A DNA stretch of 63,764 nucleotides, the filler included, from Nemertoderma westbladi (taxonomy: Eukaryota; Animalia; Xenacoelomorpha), in NCBI GenBank assembly GCA_032718475.1. It is 4 parts of 4 records of this genome, joined end to end, with 100 filler letters (N's around TTAATTAATTAA, not from the genome) between each part and the next. Parts side by side here need not be neighbours in the genome. Positions count along the whole stretch, not along the records: positions 20,557 to 45,428 come from JAUCBJ010000954.1; 3 more parts are not named here. One strand, 5' to 3'. The notes under the pieces are model-generated. The model did no database searches and was not told the DNA's origin. It saw only the letters and a list, made by a program, of their open reading frames with translations. Made by a program: the position numbers and the translations under genes. Position 1 is the stretch's first letter, and the number at the start of each line of letters is the position of its first letter. Of the stretch, positions 23,607-36,273 are shown one piece after another.

Positions 23607-25376
23607 CCCTCAACCCTCGGGCTTAAAATAACCAAATAACCTAATAATATAGTATGACAGTACTGGACCGAGTACGATGCACCGAGAACTAGGCGATAAC
23701 TATTTCGACAAGACGAACCCGTCTCAAATGGTAAATGATATTAAAGTACAATCTGCGGTGTTATAAAAATGTCGCAATACGATAAGTTTGTTAGGTGCAC
23801 CCGTGTTATAGTTGTCATAGTTATAGAGTTACTATTGCAAATACATTCTCTTCTTAAGAACTCGAAACTAAACGGTACTAAATTATTAATAACATAGTCA
23901 AGTGTAAGATAAACTGATAAACTGACAGAATCACTTTTATTTTTGAAAATAAAAATTTAACAAACTTTTTTGATGTGAAATTTGTCCAGCTGCGGCACAT
24001 TTATTTATTTATTTTTAAACTAGAGAGGCGCTGTAGTAAGTTGTCACGTCCAACATTATAGGTTTTACGGTTTTACAATGCGACGACACTGCTATGCAAT
24101 CATCCCATTTAGAACCACGTTCAATTGAATCAGCACTCTCGAGGAAACTTATTGTATTATGTATTCTGCTATTCAACAAATATCGTGTTTAGAGGAAACT
24201 TTTGTGAACTTTAGGAGACGTTCCACGTCGCTCATTTCACTTTCACGAAAACAGCGAATATGGTTTATGAATAAGTGATTTCATTATACAAGATTAAATA
24301 TAATTAATTGTATATTCATTAAATTGTTGCTAGTACACTAAAGCCAGGGTTGGGAGCTGGGCCTGCAATCTATTGCTTTGCTTATAGCTCGGGTAGCAGC
24401 TATCGAAAGAGGAGCCGATATTGGAAAAATGAATTTAAAACGATAAAGTTCTAAACATCGTCATTGTATCCTGCTCCACTCATTTCCCTCTTGTATTAAA
24501 TTAAATTAAGATTTTATTCCCCTATAACCTCAAGTGTTTGCGCCTTGCGGTAATGTTGCGCCAGTAACTCACCCAGTGGATATACTTTTACTTTTCATGT
24601 GATTTAATATTCTGAAATTTACATTTACATTTACTGCAATTGCAATTTAAACTCTAGACATTTTGTCACGTTGCAATTATATACCGAAACAATTATCAGA
24701 TCAACTCAAATTAATTGAAAGTAAATTAAATTATTTAATTTTATCTCGAATTCCATTATATTTATGATACGAGGATTTAGTAAATAAAGTAGCGGTAGTC
24801 GAGTTCGCGCCAGCGCCCGCCGCGCGCGCCCGCGCCCGCCGCGCGCGCCGGCGCCCGCGCCAGTGTTCGGTTCGTCCCTATAGGTAACCGAATCCAAATC
24901 TTCATGGCTTAGATGTGAGAAACATAATAACGTTAATGTAGAAGAAGTTCTTAGTGAAGAATATTATTGAACAGTTAATGACAAAGCTAACTCGCGGTCC
25001 ATTAGCCTGAATGATTGTTGAAATCAAAGTTTAGGAAGCAAAATAAATAGAATAGCGGCGATCAGATGGGTAAGTCATAACGAAAAAATATATAACAAGT
25101 CCAAAGCAAAAGTTGAATTAAAACGTTGACGAGTTAAAACACAATAAAATAAATGCAAACTAAATATAGGGAGGGGGTTGTGAAGGTCTGGATCATCCTG
25201 GCAACACGAAGCGATCGCTAGATATAACCTGCAGGGTAGAGCTGGGTTTTGGAAATAAAATCTCTCCAAATAGCTACTGCCTAGAATCTAGAGATACAAA
25301 AACAACTAGCCAAGTAAGACGAATTAACATTATTTTGTCTTAATATTCCTTTGTCTCTATTAATTAATATAATTAC

Positions 25377-25901
25377 CTCATCACGATTCACTACAATGTG
25401 TATCACGCGATACCAAACGTCGTCGGAAACGTAATCGCCGGCGATTCGTATAAGATTGAGGATGACGTCGACGTACCAACTGAAATCGGTGGCGAACTTC
25501 TCGGAGAGAATCGCGACTTTGAGGACAATCTCCTCGCGGATCGCGTAATCCGCGGTCTCGAGATACAACAACAACTCCGAGACGATATCCATCGCGTTCG
25601 AGCGGTCGCACATCGCGTAGAGCAGGTCGACAGCGCGCTGTCTCACACTCACATCGCGTTCCGTCTTCAACGCGTTGATAACCGTGTCGAGGTGCCGCTT
25701 CACGGCGTCCCTGGAGAACTCCGAGCCGGCGAGGTTGGTCATGGACTCGAGAGCGAGGTAGCGAAGGTTGGTCTCGCGGTGCTGCAGGAACTGGCCGAGT
25801 TGGTTGCAGCTCCGGATCAGCAGGTTGGAGTCGCTGTCCATGTGGATGATGAGGTTGATGGCCTCGAAGAGAACCGCGTTCTTCGCGTTGCTATGCTGCA
25901 C
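25377..25901 (-). CDS. AP2A: AP-2 complex subunit alpha, coding exon 3
   Basis: [15 protein letters not shown]...[13 protein letters not shown]...VVNRDE. Acceptor CAG and donor GTAATT; 525 nt, phase 0. Confidence 0.95.
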
Positions 25902-27155
25902 CTGCGGAGTGACGGTTGTAGATTATGAGTTGATACATATTGTTACTTTACTAACGGACTGTCTACAATCTACATTATTTTCCTTTGAACAGTAAATCAT
26001 CATTTTTGACAACTTGAATGTTATTTGTTACCGGGGAATAATGATTTTGGTAATAAACATAGTATATATACATAGTTGACACTCGTTTATTGTTTTGGTT
26101 TCTATCTATCCGCGTCTCTAACCTACTTATTTACTAACCTGCATAAACGTACCGGTACATATTAATTTTCTTTTATTGTGTTGAGTTGATGTTGGTTCAT
26201 TCCACCACCTCTGTAAGGAAGTGGCTACAGACAGGACCGGGCCCATTACCCGGACCCTCTAAATACCGTATTGAAGCTTTATATTTGATTTATATTTTAC
26301 TTGTGTATTATTGACCGGACCCTTATTACCTCAACTTTGTGATCGGACCCATAATCTTGTAACATGTGTTAACTTTCGATGATTGTTTTGGTTCCCCCAT
26401 CACGCCTCTGTAACCTGCTCCTTTACTAACCTGATCCTTTCAATGTTATTGCTTTGGTTCCATCTACCCGCCTCTGAAACGTGCTCCTTCCTTTACTAGC
26501 GAATTTCTTTACTTCCAAATCCCAAATTATATTATAAGCCCCCCAGCCCCTACCCCCCCCCCCCCCCCCCCCATTATTGGGGAGTGGTTAAATGAAAGGA
26601 GAGGTGCAAAAAAGGAGGCAGTTAACAATGTATAAACCTTCGATAAATTTTATAAAGAACTATAAAAGTTGATAGTAGATAAAAGGTAATAGAGAATATC
26701 CACTGCCCATCTATGAAACAATTCTTCAAGTATAATTCCAGCTTAATTATAATTTAATTGATAATTGAATTTATTATTATTGAATACCATCCTACATATC
26801 CATTCATTTCATACAAATTACTATTTAACTAAAACATAACGTATTTACTTTAATACGCGCCCTATATATACCGGTACCCTGGCTCAAATAAACACCCCGG
26901 CTTCGATCATCCAAAACTAACTTAAACCTAAACGCCCTCCTCGAATAACACCCTGAATGGTGTTTACCTTTACTAATATTACAATGTCGAAATGCAAATG
27001 TAATTAATACAATCGCATTAATTAATAACCAGCTTCTTAGAAAATGACAACCTCAGAGGTACATTATGTATAATAAATAATATATAAGTTTTTATAAGGT
27101 AGCGGTATATATAAATAATAATTTTCTCTGCGATAGCGATTTAGGGATTATATAC

Positions 27156-27383
27156 CTTTTTACTTTTGGGCGGTTCCTGCGCTTTGTTTAGGATGGTCTC
27201 GAGACATTCAGTGAGTCGTTGTCGTATAGCAGTATCCTCGGGGGAGGGGTAGCACTCGAGTAGTCGGAGAAGTTTTACCGAGAGCCACGGGGCTGGTACG
27301 AAGTAGTAGGTGTAGTCCTGTAGGTCCGTGTAGCTGGAGGTAACGATACGGCTGAGACGGGAGACGGACAGTGAGACGCAACC
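27156..27383 (-). CDS. AP2A: AP-2 complex subunit alpha, coding exon 2 (absent from the ORF track)
   Basis: Manual translation [42 protein letters not shown]...[15 protein letters not shown] boundaries; 228 nt, phase 0. Confidence 0.95.
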
Positions 27384-27702
27384 CTGGGAGAAAAAAATAA
27401 AGTTGTCAGTGACACAACTAACTGGAGAAAGTAAATAATGTTTTTTTAGTTTTTGAATTAAATTTATATGAAATAGGCCTACATATTTTTTAAATAGTTT
27501 TTTAAATATTTACAATGCTGATAAGAGCTAAGAAACCTAAGATGTGGTGAAAATCGATGGAAGAAATAAAACTGATGTCTAGTCACTTCTACCAACTTAC
27601 AAATTTTGACCAATTACCGGTACTTAATGAAATTTAATGTTGGTCCATCGCATATATTTAGGCAGGCCTGTCTGCCTGTAACGTAAATATTAGGATTATT
27701 AC

Positions 27703-28368
27703 CTTGTACTCCTCTGCTGATTTCTGTACCAAAGCCTGTATGATAGACGTCGCAGCAGTAACAACTCCCATATGCTGGTCATTGAGTAGATGTATGATGC
27801 GTTGCTTCCATTCCCCGTCCCGGACGCAATCCGGCGAGACGCGAAGTATGCGCAACAGACAGAGAGCCGCGGACTGTTTAACAGAATCCGTAGTGTCCCC
27901 GGACGTCAACATCCGCGGGATTTCAGACCCGAACGCGTCGCACATCTCGCGCTCAGCAATATTCGCGATGCAATGCAACGCGAGGTTAATGAAAATCGGA
28001 TTCCTGGAGTGAAGATCGTTGCGGATGTTATTAATAATTAACTTAATCAACTCGCTCTCGGAACTTATAAGAACCGAGATGAACAGATAACCGATCTGTT
28101 TCTCTGAATATCTGTTAGACGATAGTAAGTTAACAGCCTCCATGTGCCCGAAATCGATATCATGACCGAGAAGAAATATAAACAATAATTTACAAACATA
28201 TTTCTTCTTCTGATAGCCGTCTAGAGTTTTATCTCCTTTGAATTTGGAGCGAATGTTTGCGAGTTCCTTGTTTATCCGTTTCGTTTCGGCTTCTTTACTT
28301 TTACAGTTACGGATATCGGATATAAAGACGGCGAGGCCGCGCATTCCTTCACCTTTAACTGCTGGCAT
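27703..28368 (-). CDS. AP2A: AP-2 complex subunit alpha, coding exon 1
   Basis: [28 protein letters not shown]...[19 protein letters not shown]. Donor AAG|GTAATA; 666 nt. Confidence 0.97.
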
Positions 28369-28586
28369 GTTGATGAAACGGCTATTTAATGCTAAATAAT
28401 GGGATTTAGACCAGTAGGCTGCTGTTAGTTAAGTTAATAATCTGATAATGCTGTATGCTGTACAAGGACTACAAGGCTGCAAGGTACAACTGTCAGACTG
28501 TCTACTTTCTGCACTGACAGACTGACTGCTTCCTGACTGCAAAAATGCATCAGCTTTTGGTCTGGTTTTGGTCAGGTCAGGTCTGG

Positions 28587-29551
28587 CTGGCCGCTCGGCC
28601 TATATGGAATACTGACAAAAAGCGCGCCACACGCGTTCTGGTTAAACGAAAATCGCGCCAGCCATGATATCTAATGCGCGCCAAGCCAACAATTGAATAT
28701 GAAATTTTGCAGTAATTGCTTAATTGTAATAATTTATCAGTTTATAATTCTGTAGCCCTACAGTATGTTAACATTAAAATGCGAGCGTAGCGAGCAAGGA
28801 AATTTTCCAATTATGTTAACATAAATACAGTCTGACTGTGTGACAGTAATTGTCAGATAGTGCTGTAGTTGTAGTAGTAGTAGTAGTAGGTCATCTGACT
28901 GTTTTTAAATGCAGATGTGATCAAGATGCGAGCGTAGCGAGCACGAAAATTTTAACATTTCAGCATTTAAAGTTGGCAAACCGACTGTTTTCAAATACAG
29001 AAATGCAGATGTCATTTAATTGCGATCTGGCGAGCCTAGCGAGCACGGAAATTCTGCTGAATCATGCAGGCTGTCATGGTTTTATTGGTTTGAAGAAATC
29101 TGACAATTGAAAAATGTTTGAAACAATAAGTCATGTTTTTAATGGTCATGTTCAATCTGTCCGTTTCCATTTGTCCACAGCCAGACAGTACTAACAGACA
29201 GACTAAGAGTAGACTTGCAGCATAAACGCGAGCGAAGCGAGCGGACATTTTTCAATCTTTTTAAACCTATAGAATAATTTCAAATAGAGCTGTAGAGTGG
29301 GATGTGTTGCCAGTGCACTGCTCTGCTACGCTACGTCCTACTGTCCTAACCTAACCCTACATCCATACGCAGCCATATTCGCGCCAGGACCGCCAGGATC
29401 CTCAATGCGCGCCACACGCCCCTGTCACTACGCGCCAGGATCCTTAATCCGCGCCACACGCCCCTGTCACTACGCGCCAGGATCCAGGGATCCTTAATCC
29501 GCGCCACACATGTTGAGCAAACTCTACATAAATTCCAACCTGGCCGCTCGG
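28587..29551. mobile_element. Probable non-autonomous DNA element just upstream of AP2A
   Basis: Flanked by the direct repeat CTGGCCGCTCGG. Contains repeated GCGAGCGTAGCGAGC and GCGCGCCA motifs and a 42-bp tandem at 29381-29510. No clear TIR. Confidence 0.45.
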
Positions 29552-30301
29552 TAGGCCTACGGTACGTCAGTCAATCAGTACGTATTTCTGTAGTACAGTC
29601 TGACAGTAGTACAATTTGACAATAGTAAAAAGGCACAGACTGACAGACTGACAGAGCAAAGAGGATATTAAAGTGGATTTCAAAGCAGACAGGCAGAAGC
29701 TTGTACGTCTCATTCCTGCATTCCTGGCCCTGACTGCCTGGGATTCCAATCTAATCAGGAAGACCTGGATCGATCCCTAGATGGCAGATGGTGCAGCATT
29801 ATTTGGGTAGCCTACACCAACCTGCCAACTGACCAAATTGTTACTGTATTTACATCAAGGTGTGATTTACATACAGTAACAGTAGGCAGTAGTGCTTTAA
29901 ACAGTTAAATACTGCAGCCTAGCCCAACCCTGGCTTTCATCCTTTACTCAATTATGGACAGACGCAAACAAGTTAAAAAACATCCCCCGGCTGCCTGGTT
30001 AAAACGTACCGGTAGTACCCAAACAAAAACGTACCCGAATACTGGGTATGCTGGTATGTCTGCATGTTTTACTGTTTTAAAAATGACACACTGATGCACT
30101 GGGTAGGTTTTGGCTGTTTGGTTTTGCCTGTTTGCTGTATTGGTAGTACAAAAATAAACAGCAAAAATAAACTAACCTGTGCTATTGACTCTCGTTTATT
30201 GTTTTGGTTAGATTAATTCGTAACTGACTGTCAGTCGAGGTCAAACGTAACTCAGATCCCGATCAATAACGTACCCATATTTCCGGTACGTTTTAACTAA
30301 A

Positions 30302-31500
30302 TCAGCCTAAATAATCGACGTAGTGGGTGGCGTCGATCTGTGCTCTCGGGCCGAGGCCCAAGCAGAACCGAACGCACTTATGCTGAAGGGCCTCGAGCTG
30401 TTGGCGAAGTCTGACCGAGATAGTGAAGAACCATGTAGAGGCCGCATAGTCAAGATGTGGTTGGATAAGAGAGTTACAGAGCATTCTACACGGGGGATTG
30501 GTCGAGTATGGACCCATTTGCGATGTAGAAACTTTAGTCTGGTGTTTCCAGTGCTTTGTTGCCTTGTGCCAGTGCTGATTTGTTTTCAGTGCACAATTGA
30601 AAAACCCAGTCCATAGTATTACTCAGTGATATAGATATACTTTTTGAACAAGTATCACTCTGTCACTGTAGGCTAAGGCTGTGTCATTGGCAAAAATGGG
30701 TGCTAATGTTTCGTCTTCAATAACCTGCGGAAAGTCATTTGTATCGCTGATGTAGAGCAGATCACCGAGAATGGAACCCTGGGGAACCCCATTGTCGTTT
30801 GGCAGGTGGCTGGAATGCGTTTCGCCTATGGAAACATATTGTTTTCGATTTGACAGATAAGATTCAAACCAGTTGCGGGTGTTCTGTGTAGCTCCCATTG
30901 CCCCAAGCTTTTCTATGTTAGTTTGGTGATCCACACAATCAAATGCTTTACTTAAGCAAATTAGCACCATTCCAGTAAGCAGTCCTTTATCGATGGACAT
31001 GCGTATATGATTGTCTAATAACAAAAGCGAAGACTCAGTTGAATATCCTTGCCAATAAACTAGACTGTAACGAGTTTATAATGTTAATGGAAACCAAGTA
31101 ATACATCCATTATAATTGGTCGTATATGATGCATACTAGAATTTTCGAAAGTATTGGTAGCAAAGAAATTGGCTGAAAGTTGCCACGAACTAGGTTGGAT
31201 CCTTTTTTCTTGTAGGTTGGATTTACATGAGCGATTTTATAGATTTGTGGGAATGTCGAGGTCTCAATGGATATTACTGATATTACGGATAATTATCAAT
31301 GGCGTTACTAATGAGTCCAGCCCGTCTCTAATAACTCTACCCGGGATAGAGTCAGGACCAGTGGCTTTGTTTTAATGTCGATGTTCTGGAATATTTTAGT
31401 CACCTCGGATACAGTCACTGTGTGTAACATGAATGCGTTCCCAACAACCCCTTGTTTTTCGTAATATGCTATTGTTACATTGATGTTATAGCACCCTGTT
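30302..31500 (-). pseudogene. Decayed CR1/L2-group LINE RT
   Basis: LSKAFDCVDH, GVPQGSILG, IFANDT (mutated FADD) and QPHLDYAASTW, with deletions and frameshifts. Confidence 0.8.
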
Positions 31501-31521
31501 GGAGTGGGAAGTTGTGAGACC

Positions 31522-32612
31522 AGGGGCGGTATTCATAAATGTGACTAACTAGAAACTTAGTCCTAGTCACTAGCAAGTTAGTAAGTGCTTGTACTAATTC
31601 GGTATTCAGAGAAGTTGGTGCGACTTATTACTAACGTATTTAGTACTAGTTGTTGCTAAACTCGTATTCATAGAATTTAGTCTGACTTAAGTTAGTATTA
31701 GCTGTAACTTAAATTTCTAGTTACATGAAGATGTGACTAAGTTGGTAAGACCGCTTACTTATTCTATGTTGGCCTTCATACATACAGTATGGTTATTATG
31801 TTACTGACGACTCTGTCCACATTATACTCTCTCTTATCTTGTTTTTCTAGCATTCTGTGTTCATTGCAAATGTGTTGTTGCAGAGAAACTGTCAAATGTA
31901 ACGACATAAAGCTTGTTGTTTTTTAAACATATATCCGACTTAAATTTCCAAATTTCAGCTCACATTCTTGAATGGTGAGATTGCTCCCGAATGGCCCGCG
32001 TCCGTTGAAAAATGTGTTTCGCTAAAGAATTCTACCATTCGCGAACTTTCGCAAGATGAAAAAGCGGTAGCATACCCACTTCATATTTTCCACTCTATTA
32101 CCGAATGTAAATAATGGTATTCGATAATATGGTAGCCAATTGATTTATCGCCTTACTACCTGACTAAAAATAATAATTTTTCACTATAATTTTAACAGGA
32201 AATCACTAAAATATTCAGTTTCCACTAAAATCTATTAATTATAAATTGTTGCTAAAATGTGGGAAAGGGCATGTTACAGTGCCACTAATAATGAAGGGAT
32301 TTTATTACAACAGGCTGTAACAGATTTATTTTTGATGAAAATATATTTTGTGATAATTAAATTGAGTGGAGGAAATATATATTTGATAACGAAAACAATT
32401 TACTGGAAAACAGGAATTGTTTTAGTGTCCAATACAATTAATGGGTTTAATGTAGGCTATCAATACTAGTAAAACAGTAAACATAGAGACATGCAGGGCA
32501 TAGCTACCGTCCTTAAAGTTGAAACTGAAAGCTTTTCGATAAACATAAGTTCAAGTACCGGCACTGCTACTAATAGGCTAGAACTAAGTTTAGTAACAGT
32601 TTATGAATACTT
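31522..32612. mobile_element. MITE-like element, possibly PIF/Harbinger
   Basis: GTATTCATAAA (about 31529) is inverted at about 32600 (TTTATGAATAC); ACTAA/TTAGT-rich subterminal repeats. Confidence 0.4.
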
Positions 32613-33063
32613 TTTTTTAAGGGCTAGTTGAAACTAAGTTAAGTCAATGCTCTTACTAAAATCAGTTGTTTTTAGTAACAGATAGCTCTTACTAAACATA
32701 GTTGCAGCTCTTACTAAAAGCCAGAAAGCTGTCACTAAGTACAGTACTTTTTACAAATTCCATATCATTTTACCAACTTGTCTCAAGCTGTTCCAAGAGG
32801 TTTCCACTGGCCAAGAGCCACCAAGAGGTTACAATTTCCTCAAAGAGAGACCAATAACCCTCAAGAGTGACCAACATAGTTTTACCTTCAATTCAAATCA
32901 GGAATGCCGAACTTTTTAGAAGGATGATTCCTTCTTCTTGATTGGGCATTTAGATTAAATTAATACACAACATTTTTTTACCACACATTTACTGCTATAT
33001 CAATATCGTCCCATATTGTTTGTGTGTAATAAACTCTCTCACAGAGATATTTACTTATTTTTA

Positions 33064-34928
33064 CTAGAAAGGCATTTCCTAAAGGAAATGCAACCACGAA
33101 GCTAAGGAAAATTCAACACTCTTTGACTTTACAGAGTTAAGAGGCATATGCCTTAAAAACTCATTACCATGGCAACCGGAGTTTTCTAGAACTGCTGAGG
33201 TTTACATTAAGATCCAATTTGTGGTTCCAGGGGACACATACTTCAATTCAGTTTCATTGAGTAGTTAATGTGCAAAACTAAGGATTTAATTGTTAAAACG
33301 TCTGTTTGTAGTGGTTGTCATGGAAACTGAAAAATGAAACAATTTAAATTGGATGCTGAATTAGTGATATAGTGGGGGTAGGGATTAGTCCCAAGTCGTA
33401 ATACCTTAAAGTTAAGCTTAAAATAACCATTTTATAAATTTGAACATCTATTTAGCATGGTTGCCCTGGTAACTGGATTTTATAATTAACCTCAATCAGC
33501 TCGACTATTGTCCTTATCATTGAGTTGAGAAACCCCAAGTTTATATCTATTGTGGTTATTCTATAAATAGGAGTTATGAATATAGACTTGAATGATATAA
33601 TCTGTAATAAACTCCAGTTACCACGGTAACTAGATATTTCTGGAATGTTTATTAGTTTCACTAAAAGTTCCAACTAGTGGTCTAGTTAACACATAACCAG
33701 TTTCGTAAAGTTTTATCGCGAAGTCTATGTCCAAATGAGTAATTTTTGTATAAAAACATCTGTTTTCAGCGGTTGTCATGGTAACTGCAAAATTTACTTC
33801 TGTTACCTGGGATCATGGATCCGGAAGTCAGGTGAGGACCTTCGAATACGTAAGGGAAAGGCATGGGCAGCCTTGAATAGGCTTTCCAGGATTTGGAAGT
33901 CACCGAGAATTAATCGGAAACTTAAGGTCCGATTATTTAGAGCAGCAGTAGTTCCAGTACTCCTCTATGGGAGTCCATGCTGGGCTCTAACTGCTGAGGA
34001 CACCAAATCTCTGGATGGCACATTCACAAGAATGCTACGCCGGGTTCATTGTGTCAAGTACAATGCACACATCTCCAACCAGACACTATATAACATTGGA
34101 GGTGTCTCATTGGTTCCCCCAAGCTTGACACTAGAACAAAACCGCCTCCGCTTTGCAGGACATTGCTTTCGCCGTGAGGACCAGCCAGTGCATAATCTTG
34201 TACTTTGGCAGCCTCATGGAGTGAATAAGCATGGTGGACAGCCCATGACTTTCTTGAGACGCATCTTAAAGGACACTGGCCTTAAAGATGCGGATGATCT
34301 AGCAAATGTCATGGGTGATAGGGAGTTGTGGCGGTGCAATTTTGTTGACAAGCCGGCACAGCATTCTTAAAAATGCAGCTGCAATGCAGCATGCCGATCC
34401 TAGTAGTCCTAGCAAAATAGAACAATGAAATTTGGACGCAGAATTAGTTATATAGTGGGGGTAGGGGTTGGTCCCAAGTCATAACATCTTGTCCTTAGGC
34501 TTCAAATTAACATTTTATAAATGTTAAACTGTTTAGCCTGGTTGACAAGGTAACTGGATTTTCTATTTAACCTCAGTCGGCTCAGCTATGGACCTTATAG
34601 TTGAATTAAGAAACCCCAAGTTTATATCTATTATAGTTTTCCTACAAATAGAGTTATAAATATTGACTTGAAATACATACACTTTTTTTTAAGTCCGTTG
34701 CCATGGAAACCAGATTTTTCCTAGATATGAGACCCAACCCATAAGATGCGCCTCGACGAGCAGTATATACATGCAAAATTTCAGGGTACTTTTAAAGGCT
34801 AGATTTGCCGGGGGTCAAAAAAAACCAAATCTGCCTCACACAAGTAAAATAGCCAACTATGAATAGACCATCTCAGCTAAGGAAAATCTTTCTTAGCGAA
34901 AGTAGTTGATTTTCCTTAGCTTCGTGGA
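33064..34928 (-). mobile_element. Helitron-like non-autonomous element, copy 1 (contains an RTE insertion)
   Basis: On minus: 5'-TC, subTIR CCACGAAGCTAAGGAAAAT, a 3' inverted copy of it, hairpin GCATTTCC-TTTA-GGAAATGC, then CTAG-3'. Inserted at A^T with no TSD. Confidence 0.8.
33794..34411 (+). mobile_element. 5'-truncated young RTE LINE copy
   Basis: About 4 differences from 60606-61217; 7-bp TSD GCAAAAT (33787-33793 / 34412-34418). Confidence 0.92.
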
Positions 34929-34935
34929 TAATGTA

Positions 34936-36211
34936 CTAGAAAGGCATTTCCTAAAGGAAATGCAACCACGAAGCTAAGGAAAATTAAACAAAGGGCCACA
35001 ATTTGGTTCGTTGCTTAGCCTAGCTTAGTAGCATTTGCCAATAAATAACTTATATTCCCATGGAAACTAGAGTTCTCTGGAACTGTTGGTTTTACCTTTG
35101 AAAAAAGATTCAGTAAAGATTGTGGTTCAGATAACGCATACCAAGTTTCAGAAAATATTGTAGTTTATGTCCAAATTACCGATTTTCTATTAAAATGTAA
35201 CTGTTTGCAGTGGTTGTCATGGAAACTGAAAAATAGAACAATGTAATTCGGATGCAGAATAAGTCATATAATGGGGGTAGGTCTTGGTCCCAAGTCATAA
35301 TACTATTAACTTGTGCTTCAAATTATCATTTTATAAATTTTAACATCTGTTTAGTCTTGTTGCTATGGTAACTGGATTGTGTAATTAACCTCGAATGGAT
35401 TGTATTATGTATATGGACCTTATAGATGAGTTGCAAAACACCAAATTTATATATATTACATTATTTTGCTACAAATAGAGTATTGAATTTAGACTTGAAT
35501 GATATAGACTTTAATAAACTCCAGTCACCATGGTAACTAGATATTTGTGGAATGTTTTCAGTTTCACCAAAAGTCCCAACTAGTGGTCCAAATAACACAT
35601 ACCCAGTTTCATAAAATTTTATCATGAAGTCTATGTCCAAATGAGTAATTTTTGCATAAAAACATCTGTTTTCAGCGGTTGTCATGGTAACTGCAAAATA
35701 AAACAATGAAATTCGGACGCAGAATAATTTATATAGTGGGGGTAGGGGTTGGTCCCAAGTCATAACACCTTAACATTAGGCTTCAAATTAACATTTTATA
35801 AATTTTAACATCTGTTTAGCCTGGTTGCCAAGGTAACTGGATTTTCTATTTAACCTCAATCAGCTCAGCAATAGACCATATAGTTGAGTTGAGAAACCCC
35901 AAGTTTATATCTATTATAGTTTTCCTACAAATAGAGTTATAATTATTGACTTGAAATACATAGACTTTTTTTTAAGTCCATTGCCATGGAAACCAGATTT
36001 TTCCTGGATATGAGACCCAGTCCAAAAGATGCGCCTCGACGAGTAGTATATACATGCAAATTTTCAGGGTACTTTTAAAGGCTAGATTTGCCGGGGGTCA
36101 AAAAAAACCAAATCTGCCTCACACAAGTAAAATAGCCCACTATGAATAGACCATCTCAGCTAAGGAAAATCTTTCTTAGCGAAAGTAGTTGATTTTCCTT
36201 AGCTTCGTGGA
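34936..36211 (-). mobile_element. Helitron-like element, copy 2
   Basis: Same termini as copy 1; two internal units of about 460-470 bp (the second partial). Confidence 0.8.
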
Positions 36212-36273
36212 TTTGAAAACGTTGCCATCCCGCAGTTCCACGCTATGGTTAAAGGACGCCATTATTCATCTTA

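Noticed and set aside
25398-25995. Plus-strand ORFs over AP2A exon 3
   Set aside because: Antisense shadows of a GC3-rich exon.
33735-34370. 211-aa ORF as an independent gene
   Set aside because: Chance fusion of Helitron-like sequence to a truncated RTE 3' end.
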